From assembly GCA_034676185.1 (NCBI GenBank), contig JAUCCN010000002.1, positions 5,536 through 69,535 of the forward strand: a DNA stretch of 64,000 nt. The letters run 5' to 3'. Source of the DNA: Patescibacteria group bacterium. GTDB lineage: Bacteria > Patescibacteriota > Gracilibacteria > BD1-5 > UBA6164. A model generated the notes under the pieces. The model was not told where the DNA came from. It did not search any database and saw only the letters and a program-made list of their open reading frames with translations. Positions 35,021-46,496 of this stretch are shown here, one piece after another. Both the position numbers and the translations under genes were made by a program. Every line of letters starts with the position of its first letter. The stretch's first letter is position 1.

Positions 35021-35941
35021 ATGAATAAATATTTTAAATTATTTGCTTTATGAATTGCAATGCTATTTTTACCAATTATATCTTATGCAAATTCACAACT
35101 TTCAACTTCTTCTACAGCAAATGTTCAGAGTATTCCTGCTCAAGATAAACTAGATGCTTTTTTAGTAAAAGTAGCTGGAATGAGACAAAGTTTAAATGAT
35201 GATACGAAATATAAAAGTTTACTTACTCAAATAGAACAACAACTACAAACACTTTGAGAAAGATATAAATCAAATACAACTATATCTCAAATGATAGCCT
35301 ACTTAAATTCAGGGATAACAAATATCAAAAGAGAATTTGGAGAAAATAAAGATATGGATGATTTTTTCTGTGCACTTCTTGGAAATTGTTGAGAATCTTC
35401 TCCTATTACTGATATTGAAAAGACAACTAAAGGAGGAAATACATCTAGCTGAAGTTTTAAGTGAAGTAGAGCATGATTAGTATATATCCAATCAGATGAA
35501 AATGGAGCTCATACAAATGGAAATACTCCGGTCCGTAATACTCAATTAGATTCAGTAAGATATCCATTTACAAGTATAGAATGTCCGACAGGATTTGAAA
35601 GAATGTGAATTTGAATGAGAAAAGAAAATAATGGAAAAAATAATTATCAAGTATTTACTTGTGTAAAAACAACAGAAGCCAATCTTAATAGTTTTGGTGC
35701 AAATGAGCCTCATTCAAGTATTTTAGAAACTGCTGCGACTCAAACTGTACCAGCAAATAATGGAGGATATAATAATGATTATATAGAGCCAGAACAAGTA
35801 TATATTCCATTTTCTGACCTTAAATTAGACAATGCAAAATTGAATTTTCCAGATAGGATGTATATATTAGTTCCTGGATTACTCGAACCAGCACATAGAG
35901 AGGAATATATTGAATATTATAGAAATTATTACTTTAATTAA
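35021..35941 (+). CDS. Hypothetical secreted protein, 306 aa
   Basis: Signal peptide MNKYFKLFALGIAMLFLPIISYA. Three same-frame segments join through TGA. Confidence 0.55.
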
Positions 35942-35967
35942 AATAGAGCAGATTGGATGTTAAAATC

Positions 35968-36016
35968 TATGAATAAAAAAACTCAGACAAAGATTTTCTG
36001 AGTTTTTTTATTCATA
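35968..36016. terminator. long inverted repeat / bidirectional terminator
   Basis: ATCTATGAATAAAAAAACTCAGA...TCTGAGTTTTTTTATTCATAGAT. The right arm includes the ftsQ-like stop codon. Confidence 0.55.
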
Positions 36017-36967
36017 GATACTTTTGATATTTTGCTTACATTGAAATTCATTATCTTTTGCACAGTAAATAATTTTTTCATTGATTCTTAAATCAATATA
36101 GACGATTCAGATTTTTACAGTACTAGCATAATTTTTATTAAAAATACTTAGTTTCTCAATCTGGACTTCTTCTTCTTTATTTAAATCAAAAATAATTCTC
36201 ATTTCGTTTTGATCAATCAAATGTACTTCAGCTTCTTTATAATAATAAATAACTGTTTTTATATCAATAAATGAATTATTTTGGTGGAGAGTATCAATGA
36301 TATTTTTTATTTTTGCAATCGTAGTTTCTTTAAATATTTTTTTGTAATCAATTACTCAAATATTATTTAATCATACTATATTTATTTTTTGAATTTCTTC
36401 TTTTTCTTTTGATGGTACTACTACTCCATTTTGAGTAATTTCATAGAATTTATTTTCATATTCAAGTCAAAAAATACTCTCAAAGCTTTTCAAAATTATT
36501 TTTATATTATCAGGCATAATTTTTCTGATATAAATCTCTTTTATATTTGGCTGATGTGATAAAATAGCTTGTGTGATATTGCTTTTATCTTCAAAAAGTA
36601 TTGGTTTATATCTAAATTTTTCTACTCATCTATATGCTAAATCAATATTTACTAAATCATCTTCCCTGAGTATATCAATACTTTTGATAGAAAAATAATG
36701 TGAGAAAAATAACACATAAAAACTTGTTCAAAGTAGAAATACTCAAACTATGTAATAGTATAAATTCATCTTTTTTATTTCTCAAAATGTGTTTTCAAAC
36801 TCAAGTTTTGAAGTAAATAATTTAAATTTACTTCTTTTTGATTTATATTTTGGAGTATTTTCCTCTTGAACATAGAGTTTAGATTTTTCTCTTTTTATAT
36901 TTTTTTTGAATTTTTTTTGGGAGAAAAAATGAGCATACTTTTCGTAGATTTTTTTAAAACTTTTCAT
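36008..36967 (-). CDS. ftsQ: FtsQ/DivIB-like cell division protein (basic N-tail, TM, POTRA-like), 319 aa
   Basis: Track ORF 36782-36967 continues through TGA in the same frame. It has a Lys-rich tail, a TM segment YYYIVGVFLLGTSFYVLFF, then IKEIYIRKIMPDNIKIILKSFESIFGLEYENKFYEITQNGVVV. Confidence 0.5.
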
Positions 36968-36969
36968 AA

Positions 36970-37311
36970 TTATTCAGTCTCTAGAGAATTAATTTTGTTT
37001 ATCAAATTGGTTGAAAATTCCATTTCACTACTATAGCGAAATCTTACGATTGGAGTTTTTCTGAGAGTAATATTTTTATTAATCGCTTCCTTTACTAATT
37101 GTGCGTAATTTGCAAGGGTTTTACAAAGTTTTTCACCGTTTTTTAATGAACTTACAAATACATCTAAATAAGACATATCAGAAGCAAGCTCTACATCATT
37201 TACGGTAATCAGTCAAAATTCGCTTTGTATTTCAAGAGTGCTTTCTAAAATACAATTTCAAACGATTTCTTTGAGCATTGAATTCATTTTTTTGAGTCTA
37301 TCTTGTTTCAT
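36970..37311 (-). CDS. rbfA: Ribosome-binding factor A, 113 aa
   Basis: MKQDRLKKMNSMLKEIVGNCIL...LITVNDVELASDMSYLDVFVS...LRKTPIVRFRYS. Confidence 0.8.
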
Positions 37312-37414
37312 TTTCTTTAATTATGAAGTATTTTTTTCTCATTGTATGGAAGAGTTTTGATTTGACAAATTTAAATTTTAAATAAAATAGAGGCACTTTA
37401 ATAATAACTATCTT

Positions 37415-37420
37415 AAGGAG
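37415..37420 (+). promoter_or_regulatory. Shine-Dalgarno sequence of rpsU
   Basis: AAGGAG lies 8 nt upstream of the ATG. Confidence 0.6.
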
Positions 37421-37428
37421 ATAGAAAA

Positions 37429-37629
37429 ATGATTTACGCTGTTAGAAACGAATGAGAAACAAATGATAAACTTATTCTTAGATATAAAAAACTTTTTTTC
37501 CAATCAAGAATCGCTAACAAATTAAAAGCAGAAAGATATGCTGTAAGAGATTTAAGTGCTAGAAAAACAAGAGAAAAAGCTATCATTAGAGAAACATACA
37601 GAAGTTTAAACAATAAAGTGTACTTCTAA
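37429..37629 (+). CDS. rpsU: 30S ribosomal protein S21, 66 aa
   Basis: MIYAVRNEGETNDKLILRYKKLFFQSRIANKLKAERYAVRDLSARKTREKA. The layout is basic and S21-like. Confidence 0.7.
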
Positions 37630-37635
37630 TAAAAA

Positions 37636-37666
37636 TAAAAACCTCATTTGAGGTTTTTATTTTTTG
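37636..37666 (+). terminator. rho-independent terminator
   Basis: AAAAACCTCATTTGAGGTTTTT followed by a T-run. Confidence 0.65.
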
Positions 37667-37721
37667 TAAAAAAAATATTTCGATATACTATAAAAAATAC
37701 TCTTTTTAAATTATTTTTATT

Positions 37722-38603
37722 ATGGATAAAGTAAAAAAAGCAATTATACTTGCAAATATAACTGCCATCTTTTTAGCAATTATTAAATTTACAACAGGAA
37801 TTTTAACAGGAAGTTTAGCCGTATTATCTTCTGCACTTGATTCACTTCTTGATTTTTTTGTTTCTCTTTTTAATTTGTATGTTTTGAAAAAAAGTGAGAA
37901 AAAATTTGATGAAAATTATAATTATTGACAAGGAAAGATTCAATGAGTTGGAGCTGTTTTAGAGTGAGCTATTGTATGATTTTCATGAATTATGGTTATT
38001 TATCTTGCTATTGAAAAGATTCTTTCTCAATCATATATTTCTCAAGTAGATGTTTCTTTGTATGTGATGCTTGTTTCTATTTGTGTTACTGGAGGACTTG
38101 TTTTTTATCTTACGAAAGTTTCTAAAGAGGTAAATCATTTGACTTTGAAAGCTGATATATTGCATTATAAAACAGATTTATTTACCAATTTTTGAATTAT
38201 TTGAGGTCTGATTTTGATAAAAATAACATGATTTTATATCTTGGATACGGTGATTTGAATTTTAATTTGAGGATATATTTTGCTTTCAAGTAAGGGAATT
38301 ATTGAAGAGTGATATCATATGTTGATGGATAGAAAAATAGAGGATGAGAGAATAAAGGAAATTATAGAAATTATTCAAACAACAGATAAACAAATTACTT
38401 GATATCATTTTTTAAAAACAAGAAGGTCTGGAAATGATATTTTTGTAGATTTTCATTTAGTGTTTAATCAAAATATTACTTTACTCAACGCTCATAGTAT
38501 TTCTGATAAAATAGAATATAAAATTAGAAATATTATTCCTGATGCAATTGTCTCAATCCATCTTGATCCATTTGATGATAGTGAAAGAGAATATACAAGA
38601 TAA
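37722..38603 (+). CDS. Cation diffusion facilitator (CDF) family metal efflux transporter, 293 aa
   Basis: SLAVLSSALDSLLDF in TM2, HYKTDLFTN in TM5, and a C-terminal cytoplasmic domain ending ...HLDPFDD. Confidence 0.75.
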
Positions 38604-38667
38604 TAATTTCATTTGATAAGATATTTTTTATCTATATAATAAAAAAAATAAATTTTCACTATACATT

Positions 38668-40044
38668 ATGTTCAAAAAAATTGTGTGACTTTGATTTTCT
38701 ACCAAAGGAAAAAATGCAAAAGATGTAGAAAAATATATTTCTGAATTAGTTCAATGATGAGCTAATGAATTTTTTACTGGATATAATCCGCCATATTGGT
38801 ATGAAAAATTTGGTTTTGAAGTTTCTCCAAATGGAAGATTTGCTGAACACGAACAAATTACTGATTATGAAAGTTTAAAATTAGTTGTTCAAGAAGTTCA
38901 TAAACACGGTTTTGAACTTTTTATCAATTTAAATGCTTGGTATTATACAGATATTACTTTCCCATACATTCAAAAAATGATTGAGGAATTTATTGAGCTT
39001 TGAATTGATGGAATTATTTGTGGAAATGTAAGTGTTTTAGAGTATTTAAAAGAAATAAATTATAAATGAAAAATAAATATTTCTACTATTATGGCTGTGT
39101 ATAATACAGAAGCAATTAGATTTTTCTTGGAAAATTATACTATCAATAAAGTAATTTTATCTCGTGAAATTACTCTTAGAGAAATAGAAAATATTGTAAC
39201 GACTTTTCCTGAAACAAAATTTGAAGTTTTTGGAGAAGGGGATTTTTGTAGATACAATAATGGTCTTTGTTATGCAGAACATAAATATTGAGCAAGAGAT
39301 ATTTGTACGGTAGTAGTGAATGATCTCATTTTTAAGAAAAAATTTAGAGCTGATTTTAAGAAAGTTATTTTAGATAATTCTTTATCAGATTTAGATAAAA
39401 TTGGTATGTTTGATGATGATTTTGAAGATATTTTTGATAAAATTTCAAATATTTTAACAAAAATTGAGCTTGGATTTGAAGATATGGATTTTTTGAAAAA
39501 AGAATTATTTTCTATTTATAAAATTTCAAAAAAGAGAGTAGATTTATTTTTTGATGCTATCTCGTGAGCAAATAGTGATAAAAATAAAAAAATTATTATT
39601 TATTTTAAATGACTGACTTATATTTTACAAAATTATACTATTTTGGAAGAGCAAGAGAAAATTGAATTACTGAATTTAAGAGAAGAGCTTGAAAAATCTA
39701 TAAAAACAGGAATGCAATATTTTTTCTCAAAGATAAAACAAGTTTGATGAGAACCTAAATTAAAGGCTTTAGAAACAGGATTATTTTATGCAAAATGAGA
39801 TAATTTAAATTTATATAGTTATTTATTTTTCTCAAAATTTCCAAATATTGAAACAGTAAAATTTCCAACTCGTGGAAGAAGTTATAATGAAAAAATTAAA
39901 ACAATTGCAGAAACGGTTGATGCTGGAGAGGTAAATCAAAATTATATTGAAAGATGAGTAAGTATTGAAAGAAGTCATTATGATTTAACCTATCTTTTTG
40001 GAGAAAAATTATGGTTTAGAAATATGTTACAAGATAAGTTTTAA
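38668..40044 (+). CDS. Peptidase U32 family protein with long helical insertion, 458 aa
   Basis: ELFINLNAWYY, GIDGIICGNVSVLEYL, STIMAVYNTEAIRFF, VILSREITLREI and EVFGEGDFCRYNNGLC. Confidence 0.65.
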
Positions 40045-40068
40045 AAGCCGAAAGGCTTTTATTTTTTT
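40044..40068 (+). terminator. rho-independent terminator
   Basis: AAAAGCC-GAAA-GGCTTTT followed by a T-run. Confidence 0.65.
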
Positions 40069-40078
40069 ATGTTAAAAA

Positions 40079-40107
40079 TTTTACTAATTTTAAAAAATAT
40101 GTATACT
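40079..40107 (+). promoter_or_regulatory. candidate promoter of the structured RNA / mod leader
   Basis: TTTTAC, a 17-nt spacer, then TATACT. Confidence 0.35.
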
Positions 40108-40323
40108 TGGCGAGCCAAGATTCTAAGTCCTTTATTCTCAAACTTTCCGTTTTATTAGTAAGAAAGTGCGGTTTTATGCCGTACCCACTTCTTGATATAA
40201 TAAGACGGAGAGGATTGAGAATCTTGGCAGAAACTCAAAATCGGTATAAAGCCGCACTTTTTGTATTTCTGCCACTATATTTTATTTTTTCTTGGCACCT
40301 AGTTTATTACTAAGTGCTTTTTA
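40106..40323 (+). ncRNA. Unclassified structured RNA (independent sRNA or cis-regulatory leader of the Type III mod gene)
   Basis: It is locally GC-enriched in an AT-rich genome. Nested helices are 40115-40124/40218-40227 (10 bp), 40147-40155/40200-40208 (9 bp) and 40160-40168/40186-40193. Competing helices are 40163-40171/40252-40260 (9 bp) and 40226-40233/40266-40273 (8 bp). A terminal hairpin at 40295-40317 is followed by T5. Confidence 0.5.
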
Positions 40324-40325
40324 TT

Positions 40326-42176
40326 ATGAATAATTTATCTTTAATTGAGTTACTTCCAAAGGTAGTAGCAGATTGAAAAAAAGAAGTTGAGAAGATTATG
40401 GAGAATATCTCCGAGTGAAACAAAATCAAACTTCAAACAAATGAAATAGTAGTTCCCGCAAAGGACTCTATGAAAACTAATTTTAAATTTTGAGAAACAA
40501 ATCTTGAAATTGAAAACTGGCAAAATCGTCTCGTATACGGAGACAATATTCTTGTTATGTCTGCACTTCTTGCTGGAGATTTTGCAAATAATCTTGAATC
40601 TCTCAGATGAAAAATAGATCTTATTTATATAGATCCTCCTTTTGATAGCAAAGCTGACTATAGAACAAAAATCACTCTACCAGGAACAGAACTTGAGAAA
40701 AAACCAACTGTCTTAGAACAATTTGCTTATAGTGATACTTGGAAAGACGGAACTATAAGTTATCTGAAGATGATGTATCCAAGACTTGCTCTTATGAGAG
40801 AATTGTTAAGTGAAACTTGAAGTATTTATGTGCATATTGATTGGCATGTAGGGCATTATGTTAAAATATTACTTGATGAAATTTTTGGGAAACATTCTTT
40901 CAGAAATGAAATAATTTGGTGATATCAATGGTGATGAGTTGGGAAAAGGGAATTTGCAAAGAAACATGATACAATTTATTGGTATTCTAAATCAGATAAG
41001 GAAAGTGATAAATGGATTTTTAATGAAAAAGAAATGAGAGAACCATATATTACTAAAGATGCTAGATGGCATAATAATCAGGATGGAAAACTTTTTAGAG
41101 ATTTATGGGATGATATTCCTGTAATAAATACTATGTCTAAGGAGAGAATAAATTATTGAACTCAAAAACCAGAAAAACTTTTAGAAAGAATTATAAAAGC
41201 AAGTTGTCCCGAATGATGAATTGTTTGTGATTTTTTTGGTGGAAGTGGAACTACTGCAAGTGTAGCAGAAAAATTATGAAGAAAATGGATTAGTTCAGAT
41301 ATTGGAAAACCTTCTGTCATGATTCAAAGAAAAAGATTTATAGATAATGAAGCAAAAACATTTTTGTATCAATCTATTTGAGACTATCAAAAAGAATATC
41401 TTGCACAAACTCATGGAACAAGTTTTAGAATTTGAGATTTAGCAAAGTTAATTTTACATATGTATTGAGCTATTCCGGATGAAACAAGAACATATGCAAA
41501 TGTTTGACATATTCAAGGAACAAAAACATTAGTTATAGCTGATAGTCCAAATAAGTTAACTAATTTAAATACTTTAAAAAAAGCATTATATTTAAAAGAC
41601 ACTTTCCAATGATGATATTGGGAAAAAGTAGTAGTTTTAGGATGGAATTTTAGCTCAACTATTTCATTGGAACTCAGAGAATTAAACTCAGAAGAAATAG
41701 AAGTGCTTGTGATACCGCCAGATTTACTTGATAAACTGAAAACCAAACAAGGGTATAAAAAACTCGTGGATAGTTGAGCTGTGAAATTTAGCTCACTGCA
41801 ATATCTTGATATTTTTACTCCTGAAAGAATTATATCTTGAGAACAAGAACAAATAAATATAAAACTAAAAAATTATATTATTCTTACTCCTGATGCTCTA
41901 CCACTTGATGAAAAAAATAAAGAACTTTTAAAACCAATTATTGCTAATAGTCCTTTGGATTTAATAGAATATTGGAGTGTAGATACTGATTATGACTGAA
42001 AAATATTTAGAAGTGTTTGGCAAGATTATAGGCAAAATACTGAAAATGATAATGATGATTTAAGAGTTATTAAAGAAGCAAAAATTATAGTTCCCAAAAA
42101 GGCTTGAAAAAGAAAAATTTGTGTAAAAGCAGTTGATGTATTTGGATGGGAAAGTGAAGTGTTAATGGAAGTTTAG
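40326..42176 (+). CDS. mod: Type III restriction-modification system methyltransferase (Mod, beta-class N6-adenine/N4-cytosine MTase), 616 aa
   Basis: Motif [11 protein letters not shown] precedes motif [12 protein letters not shown] (beta-class order), with [11 protein letters not shown]. An uncharacterised C-terminal extension of about 300 aa follows. The stop is TAG. Confidence 0.8.
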
Positions 42177-42194
42177 TTTTATAATTATTATTTT

Positions 42195-42413
42195 ATGAAT
42201 AATAAAGAATTATTAAAAGATAGTTTAGAAAATAAATTATTTCTTAAAAATAAAATTTATCAGGAGCAATATGATAGATTAAAAATATTATATTTCATTT
42301 CTTGAATACCGTTACTACCATTAAAAGAATTTAATAAAGGTAAGAAAAATAATGTTATAAATTGAGGATATAGGGGAAAAGTTATTGTCTACAATGAAAA
42401 TTGATGAAAGTAA
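42195..42413 (+). CDS. Hypothetical small protein between mod and res, 72 aa
   Basis: ATG to TAA with five in-frame TGA: MNNKELLKDSLENKLFLKNKIYQEQYDRLKILYFISGIPLLPLKEF... Confidence 0.4.
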
Positions 42414-42443
42414 AAAATTATATTTTTATAATAATAAATAAAT

Positions 42444-45353
42444 ATGAATCCAAATTTACAACTCTCTCAAGATATCACAAACATCGTAAATGATAGCTTT
42501 ATATCTTGAGAAATGCTTGAAAAAGTAAGTCCTGTTACTCGTGAACTCCTACATTTTTGGTTTGATGAAAACTGGACTATAAACAGAAATATAAATTTTC
42601 ATGAAGGACAAAAACAGGCAATACTTAATACTATTTATTTAACTGAAATATTAAAAATTAAAAATGTAGCAGATATTTATAAATCAGTAAGTCCAGATCT
42701 CATTTTAGAAAAATCAATTTGATTAAAATATATAGAATCTGATAGATTTGATTATAAAAGACTTTGTTATAAAATGGCAACTGGGACAGGTAAAACTTGG
42801 GTTTTATCAGCACTTCTTATTTGGCAATATCTTAACTATAAATATCAAAAAGAAAATGATATTTTTGACAGTGAAGTAAAATTTTCTTCTAATTTTCTTG
42901 TAGTTGCTCCATGACTTATCGTTTATGAAAGACTTTTAGATGCTTTTTCTTGAAAAATAGTTTGAGAAAAAAGAGATTTTTCTACTTCAGATTTTAAAAA
43001 TTTTCAAGATTTATTTATTCCAGAAGATTATAGAGAAAGTGTTTTTTCATTTGTTCAGTCTAGCATAGTTACCAAAGAAGAAATTGGAAGAAAAATTATT
43101 TGAGATGGGCAAATAATTATTACAAATTGGCATATTTTTCTAGAAAATGAAGAAATAACAGAAGAAGATTTTGAAAATATTGATATTTATAAAGAAACTG
43201 AAAAAGTTATAAAATCCCTTCTTCCAGCAACTCCTTGAATAAGTGCTTGAAATAGTCTTGAAACTCTTGATAATAAATACTCTTCTAAACCAGAACTAGA
43301 ATATTTAAAAAGATTAAAAAATCTTGTAGTTTTCAATGATGAAGCTCATCATTTATGAGAATCAAACTCAAAAACTGATGATGAAGAAGAAAAAAAATGG
43401 CAACAAGCTATGATAGATATAGCAAAAAATAAAAAAGAGCACTTTTTACAACTCGATTTTACAGCAACTCCATATATTCAAAAATGAAAAGAAAAACAAT
43501 ATTTTCCTCATATAATTGTTGATTTTGATATAGTAAAAGCGATGAAACAATGACTTATAAAATCCCTTGTTTTAGATAAAAGAAAAGAAATTGCTACTTT
43601 ATCAAATGATGAGCTTGAATTTAAAGCAGTCAGGGAAAATGGAAAAGTAATTTCGCTTTCAAAATGACAAGAAATTATGCTTCAAGCATGACTCAAAAAG
43701 CTAAAAATATTAAATGATAGTTTTACAAAAGATTGAAAAAATAAAACTCCAAAAATGCTCGTTGTTTGTGAAGATACAGAAGTAGTTCCATTTGTAGAAA
43801 AATTCTTAGTAGACTTATGATATAACGAAGATGAATTTGTTTCAATACACTCAAATAAAAAATGAGATATGTATGATGAAGATAAAAAGAAAGTTTTTTG
43901 ACTTGATATATGAGAAAATCCAAAAGTTGTTATTTCAGTTTTGATGCTGAGAGAATGATTTGATGTAAATAACATTTGTGTAATAGTTCCACTAAGAAGT
44001 AGTACTTCTTGAGTTTTGCTTGAACAAACGATTTGAAGATGATTAAGACTTATGTGGAGATGAGACCAGGCTTTAGATGAAGCAAAAGCAGAAAATAGAA
44101 AAAGACTTTTTCAAGAGAAAAAATCACCAAATAATTATTATGATATACTTTCGGTTGTTGAACACCCAGCTTTTGAAGAATTTTATAGAGATTTAATGAA
44201 CTCTTGAGAAATAGCATTTTGAATTGATGAAAATGAGCTTGATGAAAAAGATAGAGAGAAAATTACCTGAGAAATAGAAACTATTTCTCTAAAATCTGAT
44301 TATAAAGATTTTGATATAGCTTTTCCTTTGATTATGTCAGATATTGAAGAAATTTTAAAAGCTCCAGAATATAGTATAAATGCACTTTCAAGTTATCCTT
44401 GAGATTATAAAGAGCTCAAAAAAATGGTTGGAACCAAAGAAAAATTTATACAAGAAGCAGTTTTATCTGGAACGAGATTTTGAGATTATGATGTAGATAT
44501 CGGTATTTTAACAGCAAATAGTTATAATGAATATTTAGCAAGATTAACAAGAAAAGTAGCTGATGCAGTTTGATGAGGAGAATTTGATATAAAGAAAAAT
44601 TCTAAAAATTATAATTTAATGCAAATAAATCTTCCTCAAATTACAAGACTTAATCAAGAATATATTGAAAATAAATTATTTTCTCAAAAATTTGAACCTT
44701 TAGAAGATAATAATTGGAAAATTCTTATGATAGATGATATAGCAAAATTTATTATAAAAGAACTCATACAAATTATTGAAAATGCAAAACAAGTGGAAAC
44801 TATTTGAGAAATACAAGTAATAAACAAATATTTAAGCGAAGTTGACAGCATAAAATTAAGAGAAAATTTTTCTATACCAGTTTCAAAGTCTATTTTTGAA
44901 AAGTTGCCTTTTCCTTCAAATAAATGATGACTTGAAGAAGCTTTTATTCGTTTTGTTGATAATGAAAGCTTAGTAGAAAGTTTTTGTAAAATATTTGAAT
45001 TTAAACATTTGTTTTTTAGGATGAGATATATAAGAGATGACGGAATACCGTCATATTATTATCCTGATTTTATTTTAAAAACTGATGAAAAGATATATTT
45101 AGTTGAAACAAAAGCAACTCGTGATATGAATAATCAAAATGTGAGAAGAAAAGAAAATGCTACACTTTCATATCTCAGAAAAATAAATGATTTACCACCA
45201 AATTTTAGACAAGAGAGAATTTGGGAATATGTGCTTTTAAGTGAAGATAAATTTTATATTTATACAAAAAATAATGCAAATATAAAAGAAATTTTGGAAA
45301 GTTCAAAAATATTGGATTTAAAGGGAAATTGAAATCAAGTAGCATTTTTTTAA
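42444..45353 (+). CDS. res: Type III restriction endonuclease Res subunit (SF2 helicase + PD-(D/E)xK nuclease), 969 aa
   Basis: Walker A MATGTGKTW, DEAH box VFNDEAHHL, FTATP and VLMLREGFDVNNI. The C-terminal nuclease motif is YYPDFILK...IYLVETKAT. Many track fragments are in the same frame. Confidence 0.85.
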
Positions 45354-45430
45354 TATCTCTCTTTTTTAAATCTTTTGTAAAAATAAAAAAAATAAATACT
45401 ATTTTTCTAGTATTTATTTTTTATTTTTCT

Positions 45431-46432
45431 ATGCACCAAATAGATTTTCTCACGACTATTATTGATAACTTTTGAGATGCAGGATTTGCTTTTCATCTTG
45501 CTATTTCTTTGCTCTATAATGATAACAATTTACAGATTCGTTTTTTTTGTGATGATAAAGAATTATTTTTACAACTGAAAGGAAATCTTGAAATTCAAAA
45601 TCTTACTTATTATGATTTAAAAGATTTTGAAAAAGAGAAACCATCAGAAACCATATATAATTTTTTTGATAGAAAAATAAATTTTGAATATCTACATAGT
45701 TTTTCGTACAATATAAAACTTATAAATTTTTCCTATTTTCTTATGCACGATGGAGTACAAAACCTGCATAATACTTCATATCAATCAAAAAATGTATCTG
45801 TAACACATTATATTCCATCTCTTTTACCAGAGTGAGGTTGAGTAATCATATCTCCACATATAGAATCATTTAAAAATGAAATAAAAGAAAAATGAATTCT
45901 CTCAGCAAGAAAAGTTTTATTTCCTTCTTTAACAGAAACAGATTATCAAAAAACTTGGATTTCTATTTTTTGTTATAAAGAAACTTTTGAAGAAATAAAA
46001 GAAACCATTTTACAAGATACAGAAAATTTTTATCTTCTTTTTCAATATCAACTGCAAGCTAAAAATGTAGTAAATATGCCATTTGTAGATATCATACAAT
46101 ATGAAAAAATATTATGTATTTGTGATAAAAATCTTGTGAGAGGAGAGAATAGTTTTGTTTGAGCATTATGAACTTGAAAACCATTTTTATGGGATATTTA
46201 TAAAGAACATAATAAAGCACATCAATATAAAATACAAGATTTTTGTCAATATTTGCAAACTATTGGAGATTTTGTAAATTATTTTGAGATATTTACTCTA
46301 TTTAATGAAGAAAAGCAAAGAAAATATTTTCAAAAATTTTGCTTAGAAAAATATATGTGAGACTTTGAAAAAATACCATATTTACTCTCTTCAAATGCAA
46401 ATCTTTTAAAAAATATAAAAAAATACCTCTAA
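45431..46432 (+). CDS. earP: EarP-like EF-P arginine rhamnosyltransferase (DUF2331), 333 aa
   Basis: N-terminus MHQIDFLTTIIDNFGDAGFAFHLAISL and C-terminal NLVRGENSFVGALGTGKPFLWDIYKEHNKAH. Both match EarP hallmark regions as recalled from memory. Confidence 0.6.
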
Positions 46433-46435
46433 TTT

Positions 46436-46464
46436 TTGATTTTTTATATATTTTATGTTACAAT
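46436..46464 (+). promoter_or_regulatory. sigma70-like promoter of surface protein gene
   Basis: TTGATT, a 17-nt spacer, then an extended -10 TGtTACAAT. Confidence 0.45.
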
Positions 46465-46496
46465 ACTTGTGCTTATTTATATTTTAATTTTTTTAT

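Noticed and set aside
40107-40313. Track ORF of 68 aa (MASQDSKSFILKLSV...) upstream of mod.
   Set aside because: It overlaps a region dominated by strong nested and competing helices and a terminator hairpin. Its composition is atypical for local genes and it has no RBS, so it is treated as RNA.
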